Below, piece after piece: positions 18,026-27,003 of a stretch of 64,000 nt of DNA. The DNA is taken from the NCBI GenBank assembly GCA_036676985.1, contig JAKFBU010000041.1, positions 96,001 through 160,000 on the forward strand, written 5' to 3'. Made by a program: the position numbers and the translations under genes. This DNA is from Candidatus Sericytochromatia bacterium (GTDB taxonomy: Bacteria; Cyanobacteriota; Sericytochromatia; S15B-MN24; UBA4093). The stretch's first letter is position 1. The number at the start of each line of letters is the position of its first letter. The notes beneath the pieces are model-generated. The model made no database searches. It had not been told where the DNA came from and saw only the letters and a program-made list of their open reading frames with translations.

Positions 18026-19249
18026 TTGACGCACGTGAAACTCGCTCTCTCCCTCGGTCTCTGTGCCCTCATGGGCCTGGCCTCGCCGGCCTTCGCGAGC
18101 CTCGCCTCGGACATCTTCAAGGACGTGCCCGACGGCCACTGGGCCGAGCAGGGCGTCGCCGAGGTGGCCATCAAGCGCGACCTCATGAAGGGCTATCCCG
18201 ACGGGACCTTCCGCGGCGACCAGCCCTTCACGCGCCTCCAGTTCGTGAGCAGCATGACGGTCCTGCTCAAGGAGCTCGAGGCGCTCTCGAAGGTCACTTG
18301 GCGCCCCGTCGAGCACCCGACCTACGACTTCAAGGACGTCCCCGCCGACCAGAAGACCGAGACCCAGAACCTCACCAACGACTACGGCCTCTTCGAGGGC
18401 GTGCCCGGCATCACGAAGAGCCGCTTCAACGGCGAGCAGACCGTCACGCGCTACGAGATGGCCAAGATCATCAACAACCTCATGCGGCTCGCCGAGGCCA
18501 AGGACGTGGTCCGGCCCCAGGGCAAGGTGGGCGAAGGCCCGACCTTCTCGGACGTGAACCCGTCCGATTGGGCCTATCAGGACATGCAGGGCGTCTCGCA
18601 GCGCTACAAGGTGATGGTGGGCTTCCCTGACGGGACGTTCCGCGGCAACGAGGAGCTGACCCGCTACCAGTACGCCCAGGCCATCTCCCAGACCGTGCCG
18701 CTGATCCGCGAGCTCATCGCCCAGACCACCGAGGTCAAGCAGGAAGAGAAGCGCCAGGCCACCGGCCCGTGGCGCATCCAGGAGCAGCAGCCCATCCGCA
18801 CCGATCTCGGCATCACGTCGAGCGGCCAGACGTCGCTCCGCGCCCGCCTGGTCGGCTATCCCGGCTGGCTCTTCCTGTTCGCCGAGCCGCGCCTCACGGT
18901 CCTGCCGGCTGTCGGGGCCGACGTGGAGGTCGGGGCCTCGGTCAAGTTCCCGTTCCTCGGCCCCCTCCAGTTCCAGCCCTACGTGAGCGGCCAGTACTTC
19001 GGCGGCTCGGGCGCGACGGACCTCGGCCTCGGGGCGTTCGTCTACTGGCGGCCGACCTACTCGTGGGGTGTCTACGGCAAGGGCGGCTACGGCTTCTTGC
19101 AGGCGGTCAGGAACGGCGAACTCGGGGCCGAGTACCACGTGTCGGATCGCCTGTCGTTCGCGGCCGGGTTCTCCGCCTGGCAGACGCCCGCCGCGGGGAC
19201 ACCGACGACCAACTTGGGCTTTACCTTCGGGCCGCAGTTCCGGTTCTAA
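18026..19249 (+). CDS. SLH-domain outer-membrane beta-barrel protein (outer membrane-peptidoglycan tether type)
   Basis: Signal peptide; three SLH repeats (FKDVPDGHWA...GYPDGTFRGDQPFTR; FKDVP...TRYEMA; FSDVNPSDWAY...GFPDGTFRGNEELTRYQYA); amphipathic beta C-terminus ending FGPQFRF. Confidence 0.88.
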   Translation: MTHVKLALSLGLCALMGLASPAFASLASDIFKDVPDGHWAEQGVAEVAIKRDLMKGYPDGTFRGDQPFTRLQFVSSMTVLLKELEALSKVTWRPVEHPTYDFKDVPADQKTETQNLTNDYGLFEGVPGITKSRFNGEQTVTRYEMAKIINNLMRLAEAKDVVRPQGKVGEGPTFSDVNPSDWAYQDMQGVSQRYKVMVGFPDGTFRGNEELTRYQYAQAISQTVPLIRELIAQTTEVKQEEKRQATGPWRIQEQQPIRTDLGITSSGQTSLRARLVGYPGWLFLFAEPRLTVLPAVGADVEVGASVKFPFLGPLQFQPYVSGQYFGGSGATDLGLGAFVYWRPTYSWGVYGKGGYGFLQAVRNGELGAEYHVSDRLSFAAGFSAWQTPAAGTPTTNLGFTFGPQFRF

Positions 19250-19386
19250 TGGCCTGTCGCTCGGGTGAGTCCTCGTAGCGCCGCTGGGAAAAGGATGCGT
19301 GCGGAACGGGGCGGCAAAGGCGCCTTTTGGGCCCTTTCTCCAATTTCGTTCCGCAGCCCGAGCCCCTCTTAATCAGGAGTTCAATC

Positions 19387-20823
19387 ATGCCCCTATTCGC
19401 TCTGCTCATCGCCGTCGCGAGCCTCTGGCCGGCCGCGGCCTGGGCGGCGACCGGGATCGAGACCGTCGATCTGACGGGTAGCTGGGTCGGAATTTCGGCC
19501 CTGCTCCTCTTCGCCTTCGCCTACGTCCTGGTGATGGCCGAGGAGGTCCTGCACCTCAAGAAGTCCAAACCGGTCATGGTCGCGGCCGGCGTCATCTGGA
19601 TCCTGATCGGCCTTGCCTACGCCGGCATGGGCGACACGCACACGGCCGAGACGGCCATCCGGGCCAACCTACTGGAGTTCGGCGAGCTCTTCCTCTTCCT
19701 GCTCGCGGCCATGACCTTCATCAACACCATGGACGACCGGGGCGTCTTCGACGCCCTGCGCGGCTGGCTGGTGGGACGCGGCCTCTCCCTACGCGCCCTG
19801 TTCTGGGTGACGGGGGGGCTCGCCTTCGTCATCTCGCCGGTGGCCGACAACCTCACGACGGCCCTGTTGATGGGAGCGGTGGTCATGGCCCTCGGCGCGG
19901 GCAAGCCGCAGTTCGTCGCCCTCTCTTGCATCAACATCGTGGTCGCGGCGAACGCCGGCGGGGCCTTCAGCCCCTTCGGGGACATCACCACCCTCATGGT
20001 CTGGCAGGCAGGCCGGGTCACGTTCGCCGAATTCTTCGCCCTGTTCGTCCCGTCGCTCGTCAACTGGCTGGTGCCCGCCGCCCTCATGTCCTTCGCCATC
20101 GAGGCGGGCAAGCCAAACCCCATCCACGCAAAGGCCGTCCTGCACGACGGGGCCTGGACGGTGGTGGGGCTCTTCATAGGGACCATCGCCCTGGCGGTCT
20201 CGTTCCACAACTTCCTGCACATGCCGCCGGTCATCGGCATGATGACGGGGCTCGGCGTCCTCAAGCTCTACGGCTACTTCATGAAGCGCACGGCCCCCAA
20301 GAACCGGCAGGTGACCATCAACGAGCCGGACGACGTGTTCGCCGAGCCACTGGCCATCCCCCATGCCCACGTACACAAGGATCCCTTCGACGTGTTCAAG
20401 CAGCTCGAGCGTACGGAGTGGGACACGCTCATGTTCTTCTACGGCGTGATCCTGTGCGTGGGAGGCCTCGGCACCATCGGATACCTGGCCTTGGCCTCCC
20501 AGTTCATGTATGGGGACCTGGGCGCGACCACAGCCAACGTGCTGGTGGGCGTGCTCTCGGCCGTTGTCGACAACATCCCGGTCATGTTCGCCGTCCTGTC
20601 CATGAACCCGGACATGTCACACGGCCAGTGGCTCCTGGTCACGCTGACCGCGGGGGTGGGCGGCTCCATGCTGAGCATCGGCAGTGCCGCAGGCGTCGCC
20701 CTCATGGGCCAGGCGCGCGGCGTCTATACCTTCATGTCACACCTCAAGTGGACCTGGGCGATCGCCCTCGGCTACGCCGCGAGCATCGGCGTCCACTTGC
20801 TGGTGAACCGCCACCTGTTCTGA
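19387..20823 (+). CDS. nhaD: Na+/H+ antiporter NhaD
   Basis: KKSKPV, ISPVADNLTTALLM, AANAGGAFSPFGDITTLMVWQ, EWDTLMFFYG, VDNIP, GGSMLSIGSAAGVALMG. Confidence 0.93.
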   Translation: MPLFALLIAVASLWPAAAWAATGIETVDLTGSWVGISALLLFAFAYVLVMAEEVLHLKKSKPVMVAAGVIWILIGLAYAGMGDTHTAETAIRANLLEFGELFLFLLAAMTFINTMDDRGVFDALRGWLVGRGLSLRALFWVTGGLAFVISPVADNLTTALLMGAVVMALGAGKPQFVALSCINIVVAANAGGAFSPFGDITTLMVWQAGRVTFAEFFALFVPSLVNWLVPAALMSFAIEAGKPNPIHAKAVLHDGAWTVVGLFIGTIALAVSFHNFLHMPPVIGMMTGLGVLKLYGYFMKRTAPKNRQVTINEPDDVFAEPLAIPHAHVHKDPFDVFKQLERTEWDTLMFFYGVILCVGGLGTIGYLALASQFMYGDLGATTANVLVGVLSAVVDNIPVMFAVLSMNPDMSHGQWLLVTLTAGVGGSMLSIGSAAGVALMGQARGVYTFMSHLKWTWAIALGYAASIGVHLLVNRHLF

Positions 20824-20856
20824 GCCTTCCGAGCCCGGCCCTCAATCCGCAGTCGG

Positions 20857-20885
20857 AGGACCCGCCCCTACCGGGCGGGTCCTCA
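20857..20885. terminator. Hairpin after nhaD
   Basis: GAGGACCCGCCC-CTACC-GGGCGGGTCCTC. Confidence 0.65.
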
Positions 20886-20955
20886 CTCCACGGTTGATGC
20901 CTGTCCGGGCGAATCCGAGGTTTATGGCCAGGCCCCCGGGTTCGCGCGGCCCGCG

Positions 20956-21420
20956 CTAACCACCCGCCGCTGCTCCCTGATGAATGTGCTGTTGAGGGGT
21001 CGACCATTCAGGCGAATCATAACTTGGCCCGGGAGAGAACGTATCGAAATCGTCCCGCAAGCCGCGGCCGTAATCGGGCGCAACCCAGGTTCGCACCAAC
21101 GGGCGCCACGGCGCTCGTACGGGTACGAAGCGGGGCCAGGATCCGCGGCGACGGAAGCCTCCATAGCCGCTATAGATCACGCTGCCACGGGCAGGCATGC
21201 CTCCGTAACGATAGCGGTAGCGATAGTACTGCTGGGTACTGTAGCCCGGCTGGTCACTCACCTGCTGGATCCCGTAGCCTTGCTGGGCCTCCATCGGCTG
21301 TGAGGGAGGCTGAAGACCAGGCGGCGGGACCTGTGTCAATGGTGCCGGCGCGCCACAGCCTACCACCCCGAAGGTCAAGCAAAGCCCGAGCATCCCCTGG
21401 GTCACGTGACGTCGGTTCAT
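20956..21420 (-). CDS. Low-complexity lipoprotein of unknown function
   Basis: GGAGG SD then MNRRHVTQGMLGLCLTFGVVG|C lipobox; Q/P/Y/R-rich body. Confidence 0.65.
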   Translation of the reverse strand: MNRRHVTQGMLGLCLTFGVVGCGAPAPLTQVPPPGLQPPSQPMEAQQGYGIQQVSDQPGYSTQQYYRYRYRYGGMPARGSVIYSGYGGFRRRGSWPRFVPVRAPWRPLVRTWVAPDYGRGLRDDFDTFSPGPSYDSPEWSTPQQHIHQGAAAGG

Positions 21421-21659
21421 ACGCTTTCCTCCATGTTGGACGCCGAGGAAACGACCGTCAGCATCCGGCGACCCATGATGTATAGACGTCGCCATACAAC
21501 TGAGGCAATAGCCTGACGATTGATGGAGGGTCGGAATAGCGGTTAGAGGCCAGACATGGCGGAAAGAAGTCGCCGTTGCCCCTCATGAGAATGCCCGTGG
21601 CAACGGCGTCCCCTGGAGGGAGCCTCCACCAGATCGGGCCCCTGACGGCTTTTACTGAC

Positions 21660-22763
21660 CTAGGGGCGATACGAGATCCGGTAGATCCGCCCGCCCGCGT
21701 CATCCGTGAGGAAGAGCGCCCCGTCCGGCGCCGTCAGGACGTCCACCGGCCGCCCCCAGTCCTGGGTGCCCCGCAGCCAGCCCGTGGCGAAGTCCTCCGT
21801 GCCCGCGGGCTTGCCGTCCTTGAACTTGACCCGGACCACCTTGTAGCCCGCCGGCGGAAAGCGGTTCCACGAGCCGTGCATGGCGACGAAGGCGTTGTGG
21901 CGGTACTCGGCCGGAAACTGCGCGCCCGTGTAGAACGTGAGGCCAAGCGGGGCCATGTGGGCCGGGAACTCGACCGCCGGCGGGATGGTCTTGGCGCAGA
22001 AGGCCGCATCCCCCTGATCCGGCTTGCGATCGCCGTAGCACTGGGGCCAGCCGTAATGCCCCCCGAACTGGACGCGGTTCAGCTCCTCGGGGGGCAGGTT
22101 GTTGCCGAGCCAGTCGCGGCCGTTGTCCGTGGCCCACAGGTCCCGCGTGGTCGGGTGCCACGAGAAGCCCACGGCGTTCCGCAGGCCGCGCGCGTAGATC
22201 TCTCGCCCGCTGCCGTCCGGCTTGAAGCGCATGATCGTCGCCCGGGCGGGGTCCTCCTCGACGCAGGCGTTGCAGCTCGACCCGGCCGAGACGTACATCA
22301 TCCCGTCCGGTCCGAAGCCGATCGTGCGGGTCCAGTGCATGCCGCCGTCGGGCAGGCCGCGGGTCACGAGCTGCTTGTCTTCGGCGACGAGATCCCCGTC
22401 CGCATCCGTCAGGCGCTGCACCGCTCCGGTCTCGGCCACGTAGAGGGCGCCATCCCGCCAGGCGACGCCGTGCGGGCGGTTGAGGCCCGTCGCAAAGACG
22501 CTCACGCGGTCGGGCTTGCCGTCCCGGTTGCGGTCGGGCAGCACCAGGATCTCCCCGCTGCGCGGGCGGCTGACCGTGAGATCCCCCTTCGGCGAGAGGG
22601 CCATGAAGCGCACGCCGGAAAGGTCGTCCGCATAGACCTCGATCCGGAAGCCCGGTGGCAGCTTGATCGGATGCGGCAGCGCCTGCGGTGCCGCCTGAGA
22701 GGCGGTCGATAGGGCGCCCAGGATGAACAGCCCAACGAGGGTACGGCCCGGCGCGTGTCCCAT
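21660..22763 (-). CDS. PQQ-dependent sugar/sorbosone dehydrogenase family protein
   Basis: LPPGFRIEVYA, HWTRTIGFGPDG, GSSCNAC, GLRNAVG, YGWP, HGSWNR, GRPVDV. Confidence 0.9.
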   Translation of the reverse strand: MGHAPGRTLVGLFILGALSTASQAAPQALPHPIKLPPGFRIEVYADDLSGVRFMALSPKGDLTVSRPRSGEILVLPDRNRDGKPDRVSVFATGLNRPHGVAWRDGALYVAETGAVQRLTDADGDLVAEDKQLVTRGLPDGGMHWTRTIGFGPDGMMYVSAGSSCNACVEEDPARATIMRFKPDGSGREIYARGLRNAVGFSWHPTTRDLWATDNGRDWLGNNLPPEELNRVQFGGHYGWPQCYGDRKPDQGDAAFCAKTIPPAVEFPAHMAPLGLTFYTGAQFPAEYRHNAFVAMHGSWNRFPPAGYKVVRVKFKDGKPAGTEDFATGWLRGTQDWGRPVDVLTAPDGALFLTDDAGGRIYRISYRP

Positions 22764-22820
22764 GACTCCTCCTCTCCTGGCGGTCAGCCGGGTCATGGTA
22801 CGCCCTCGGAGGCGCGAACG

Positions 22821-24524
22821 CTAGGGCTGGAGGATGGGCTCCGCCGATGGTTCCTCGACGAGCGGCAACGTGACGATGAAGGTGCTGCCCTCGCTCAAGG
22901 CGCTCTCGACCCGGATGCTTCCGCCATGGCCCTCTTCGACGATGGCCTTGCAGATGGCGAGCCCGAGGCCCGTCCCGCCCACCGAGCGGGTGGAGCTGCT
23001 GTCCACCTGGAAGAACTTCTGGAAGATGCGCTCGCGGTGCTCTTGCGCGATGCCAATCCCGGTGTCCTCCACCTCGATCCGCGCCGTGCCGTCCGTCTCG
23101 GTGAGGCGAAGGGTCACCTTGCCCCCGGGAGACGTGAACTTGGCGGCATTGGAGAGTAGGTTGAGCAGGACCTGCCGGATCCGGTCGTGGTCGACGCAGG
23201 CCGACACCGTCTCGGCATGCAGTTCGAGGGCGAGCTCGAGGCGCTTCTCGCCGAAGAGCTGGGACAGGCTGACGGTCACCTCGCGAACCAGACGCGCCAG
23301 GTCGTCTTGCACGTACTTGTAGCGCATCTCCCCGGACTCCAACTTCGAGAGATCCAGCAGGTCGTCGATCATGCGGTGCAGGTGCTCGGCATGCGTGATG
23401 ACGATGGAGACGATGGCCTCCTGCTTGTCGTTCAGCTCGCCTTCCAGGCGCTGCTCGAGTATCCAGGCCGCCGCCTTGATGGCCGTCAGCGGCGTCCTGA
23501 ACTCGTGGCTGATGGTCGAGAGGAACTCGTCCTTGAGGCGGCTGAGCTCCTGGAGCTGCTGATACGCCGTCTCCAGCTCCATGCGCGCGTCATGGCGCTC
23601 CAGCGTCGAGCCCACCCAGCGGGCCATGAGGCGCACGAGATCCACATCCGTCGCGGAAAAGGGGGCGTGCGGCACGTCGCTGGTGAAGTTGAGCAGGCCG
23701 ACCGGCATGCCGTCGATGACGATCAGGTCCCCCAGGCAGGCGCGCATGGCATGGTGGCGAACGATAGGAAGCTCGCTCAAGGGGCTCGCCGTCAGGTCGT
23801 GGACGGCCAGGGGCTCCTCCTGCTCGAGCAGCATGGCGGCGAAGGTCTCCTCGAACGGATAGGACTGACCCGCCGTCAGGCGCTCACCCACCGCACTCGC
23901 CACGTGCGTGACGACCGTTCGCCCTTGCTGCTGGTCGAAGCGGGAGATCACCCCATAGCCCAGTCCGAACATGCGGCAGCCGCGTTGCAGCAGCTCGTGG
24001 ATCTGATCGTCCTGCGAAATGCCCGCCAGGGCCGAGACCTCGTAGAGGGCCCGGATCCGCTCGGCTTGCTTGGCCTGCGCCTCCTGGGCCGTCACCAGCG
24101 CATGGGTCCGCTCGGAAACCAATGCCTCGAGCTCGATGGCCTGGGTCCGGGCGGCATCCCGCTCCGCCTCGAGACGCGACAACTGAACGAGGCGGGTCCG
24201 CAGGAGGGAGATGAGGTAGACGACCAGGGGATAGGACAGTCCCGTGACGACGAGAAAGGCCCCCCGTCCCGCCTCAGGGGAGAGGCGGAGGAAGAGGTAG
24301 AGCCAGGCGAGGGCTGCGCTGGCGAGGCCCGGACGGAGGCCCCCCAGGAGGGCGGCGATGATGGCGGAGAAGCCGAGGTACCCCGGCAGGGGACGCGGCG
24401 CGGGCCCCGTGATCAGGTCCCGGGCGAACCCCTCCATCACCAGGATCATGATCAGCGTCAGCAGAGGACCGCCTACCTGATGCCATGCGATGTTCGGGTT
24501 GTTTAAGGGCGTTCGCCAGTTCAT
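22821..24524 (-). CDS. Membrane sensor histidine kinase (TM + GAF + HisKA + HATPase)
   Basis: SHEFRTPL H-box, NLLSNAAKF, DTGIGI, GGTGLGL; GAF-like segment. Confidence 0.92.
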   Translation of the reverse strand: MNWRTPLNNPNIAWHQVGGPLLTLIMILVMEGFARDLITGPAPRPLPGYLGFSAIIAALLGGLRPGLASAALAWLYLFLRLSPEAGRGAFLVVTGLSYPLVVYLISLLRTRLVQLSRLEAERDAARTQAIELEALVSERTHALVTAQEAQAKQAERIRALYEVSALAGISQDDQIHELLQRGCRMFGLGYGVISRFDQQQGRTVVTHVASAVGERLTAGQSYPFEETFAAMLLEQEEPLAVHDLTASPLSELPIVRHHAMRACLGDLIVIDGMPVGLLNFTSDVPHAPFSATDVDLVRLMARWVGSTLERHDARMELETAYQQLQELSRLKDEFLSTISHEFRTPLTAIKAAAWILEQRLEGELNDKQEAIVSIVITHAEHLHRMIDDLLDLSKLESGEMRYKYVQDDLARLVREVTVSLSQLFGEKRLELALELHAETVSACVDHDRIRQVLLNLLSNAAKFTSPGGKVTLRLTETDGTARIEVEDTGIGIAQEHRERIFQKFFQVDSSSTRSVGGTGLGLAICKAIVEEGHGGSIRVESALSEGSTFIVTLPLVEEPSAEPILQP

Positions 24525-24565
24525 CCGTTGCTCCTCGGGCGCTAGTCCATCTTACCCTCAAACGA

Positions 24566-24595
24566 GACCGGCCTCCCCAGATGGGGAGGCCGGTC
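24566..24595 (-). terminator. Hairpin after the CRP-family gene
   Basis: GACCGGCCTCCCCA-GA-TGGGGAGGCCGGTC. Confidence 0.6.
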
Positions 24596-24609
24596 CGATC
24601 GATTGGGGC

Positions 24610-25323
24610 TTAGCGCCAGCGCATCAGGGCGTTGGGCTGGTTGATGGTGATCTGCTGGTGGGCGATCGAGATGACGCCCTCGTCTTGCAGGCGGTTGAGC
24701 GCCCGGGTGACGGTCTCGCGGCTGGAGCCGACCATGTTGGCCAGATCCTGGTGGGTCATCTTGAGGTTGATGAGCACCTTGCTGCCGATCTGGCGCCCCT
24801 CGCTCTTGGAGAGGTGGTTGAGGGTGCTCGCCACGCGCTCGTGGACGTCCTTGAAGGCCAGGTCCTCGACCTGCTGGTTCACCTGACGGATGCGGCGGGT
24901 GAGGTCGCGCATGATCTGCAGGGCGATGCTCGGGTGATCCATGAGCGTGCGCTCGAAGTCACGCTTGGCGACGGTGTAGACGCTCGCGGCGTCGTCGATG
25001 ACCTCGGCGGTCGCCGAGCGGGGCAGGTTGTCGAAGATGGCCATCTCGCCGAAGAAGTCGCCGGGCTGCATGATGCAGAGGGTCTTCTCGCGGCCGTCCT
25101 CGGTGATCTTGGCGATCTTGACCCGGCCGGACTTGAGGATGTAGAGGGTGTCGCCCACGTCGCCCTCGTGGAAGATGATGCTCTTCTTGGGGAAGGTCTT
25201 CTCGCCGGTGATCGTGGCGATGCGGGCCAGGCCATCGCTGCCCACGCCCTGGAAGATGGATACCCGCTGGAGGAAGCTAACGGCGTTCATGGCCGCCGGC
25301 ACGGGGATTTCCTTGAGCGCCAA
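24610..25323 (-). CDS. CRP/FNR-family transcriptional regulator (cAMP-receptor-like)
   Basis: FFGEMAIFDNLPRSATA phosphate-binding cassette; HTH THQDLANMVGSSRETVTRAL. Confidence 0.93.
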   Translation of the reverse strand: MALKEIPVPAAMNAVSFLQRVSIFQGVGSDGLARIATITGEKTFPKKSIIFHEGDVGDTLYILKSGRVKIAKITEDGREKTLCIMQPGDFFGEMAIFDNLPRSATAEVIDDAASVYTVAKRDFERTLMDHPSIALQIMRDLTRRIRQVNQQVEDLAFKDVHERVASTLNHLSKSEGRQIGSKVLINLKMTHQDLANMVGSSRETVTRALNRLQDEGVISIAHQQITINQPNALMRWR

Positions 25324-25678
25324 TGGGACCTCCTTCTCCGTTCAGGACTTGAGCACGATGTCAACATGTCTAAGGCGTTGATTGTGTGGGTCGCAATTAT
25401 AACAACGCGCGATCACCCAACACAAGAATGAAAGCCCGCTCGCTGACACCTTTTACGAAACGTAACAACGCTCGTAACGTTACATAATCTGCGGTACGTT
25501 TTAACATAACAAGCGAAAACGAGATCACTCGGTGCTCCGCGTCACATGGATCGAAATTACGTTATGTTCGGCAATTCGAACGAGCGTTCGATCGGCTTAG
25601 CACTTATTCGGCTGGAAAATGGGCGGATTTAAGGGGTTGTGAAGCTACGGGGCGGTGCTGCAGGAGGCGTGACTTCTT

Positions 25679-25828
25679 ACCCCCCCTTCCCCCCCTGCCT
25701 TCGGCAAGGGGGGCACAGGGACTGGACCCGGCGGAGCCGGGCCTGATTGGTTGTGGCTCACTCACGTTCAAACCTGCGCAGCAGGACTCCCTATGCCCCC
25801 CTTGCGAAGCAGGGGGGGAAGGGGGGGT
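25679..25828. repeat. MITE/REP-like palindromic element, copy C (inverted relative to copy B)
   Basis: Reverse complement shares the ends and the internal GAGTCCTGCTGCGCAGG and GGCCCGGCTCyGCCGGGTCCAGTCCCT with copy B. Confidence 0.9.
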
Positions 25829-25850
25829 CATATGGCTATGAATACGAGAG

Positions 25851-26999
25851 CTAGGACTTGACCGCCTGCTTACCCGGCGAGAACTCGTCCGTGGGCCGAT
25901 CGCCCCGGATCCCGAAGAAGTACCGGATCGCCTCCACGGTCCGCCGCGCGGCATGGCCGTCCCCGTAGGGGTTCACGGCGTTCGCCATCCGCTCGTAGGC
26001 CGCCTGGTCGTCCAGCAGCTCCTGCGCGTTGCGGAAGATGTCCTCCCGCTTAACGCCCACCAGGCGCACCGTGCCTGCGTCGACCGCCTCCGGGCGCTCG
26101 GTGGTCGTGCGCATGACGAGCACCGGCTTGCCGAGGCTCGGTCCCTCTTCCTGCACGCCGCCCGAATCCGTCAGGATGAGCGTCGCCTCCTTCATCGCCT
26201 TGACGAAGGGTGCGTAGTCGAGCGGATCGATGATCCGCACCCGGTCCAGCCCGCCCAGGATCTCGCGGGCCGTGTTCTGCACGATCGGGTTGAGGTGCGC
26301 CGGGAAGACCACCCGCACGTCCGGGTTCTTCTCGACCAGGTCCCGCACCGCCCAGCAGATGTCTCGCAGCGGCTCACCCCAGTTCTCCCGGCGATGGGCC
26401 GTCACGAGGATCGTCCGACCAGGGGCGGGCTCGGCCTCGATCTTGCCGGCCGTCTCGAGCAGGGCGTCGATGACGGTGTTGCCCGTCAGGAAGATGCCCG
26501 CAGGGTCGATGCCGTCCTTCCGAAGATTATTCACGGCCGTCTCGGTGGGCGCGAAGTGCAGCCGCGTGAGTTGGCTCGTCAGGCGGCGGTTCATCTCCTC
26601 GGGGAAGGGATTGTAGAGGTCATCCGTGCGCAGGCCCGCCTCCACGTGACCGACCGGGATCTGCTCGTAGAAGGAGGCCAGGCTCGCGGCCATGGTCGTG
26701 GACGTGTCCCCGTGCACCAGGACCAGCTGCGGCTTGCGCGCCTTGAGGACCGGCGTGAGCTGGGTCAGCACGCGCGACGTCAAATCCGGCAGCGTCTGGC
26801 CGGGCTGCATCAGGTCCAGGTCGTCGTCCGGCACGATGCCGAAGAGCTCCAGGACCTGGTCCAGCATCTGGCGGTGCTGGGCCGTCACGCAGACCTTGAG
26901 ATCGAGATCCGGGCACGTGGCGATCGCGAGCACGACCGGAGCCATCTTGATGGCCTCCGGACGGGTGCCGAACACGCACATCACGGTGGGCTTGGACAC
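25851..26999 (-). CDS. wecB: UDP-N-acetylglucosamine 2-epimerase (non-hydrolysing)
   Basis: FGTRPEAIKMAP, HGDT, HVEAGLRT, PFPEEMNR, TDSGGVQEE, TTERPE. Confidence 0.97.
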   Translation of the reverse strand: MSKPTVMCVFGTRPEAIKMAPVVLAIATCPDLDLKVCVTAQHRQMLDQVLELFGIVPDDDLDLMQPGQTLPDLTSRVLTQLTPVLKARKPQLVLVHGDTSTTMAASLASFYEQIPVGHVEAGLRTDDLYNPFPEEMNRRLTSQLTRLHFAPTETAVNNLRKDGIDPAGIFLTGNTVIDALLETAGKIEAEPAPGRTILVTAHRRENWGEPLRDICWAVRDLVEKNPDVRVVFPAHLNPIVQNTAREILGGLDRVRIIDPLDYAPFVKAMKEATLILTDSGGVQEEGPSLGKPVLVMRTTTERPEAVDAGTVRLVGVKREDIFRNAQELLDDQAAYERMANAVNPYGDGHAARRTVEAIRYFFGIRGDRPTDEFSPGKQAVKS

Positions 27000-27003
27000 G
27001 GAG

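Noticed and set aside
10757-25828. C/G-tract repeats as a CRISPR array
   Set aside because: Copies are kilobases apart and are inverted-repeat pairs; there is no repeat-spacer periodicity and no cas gene.
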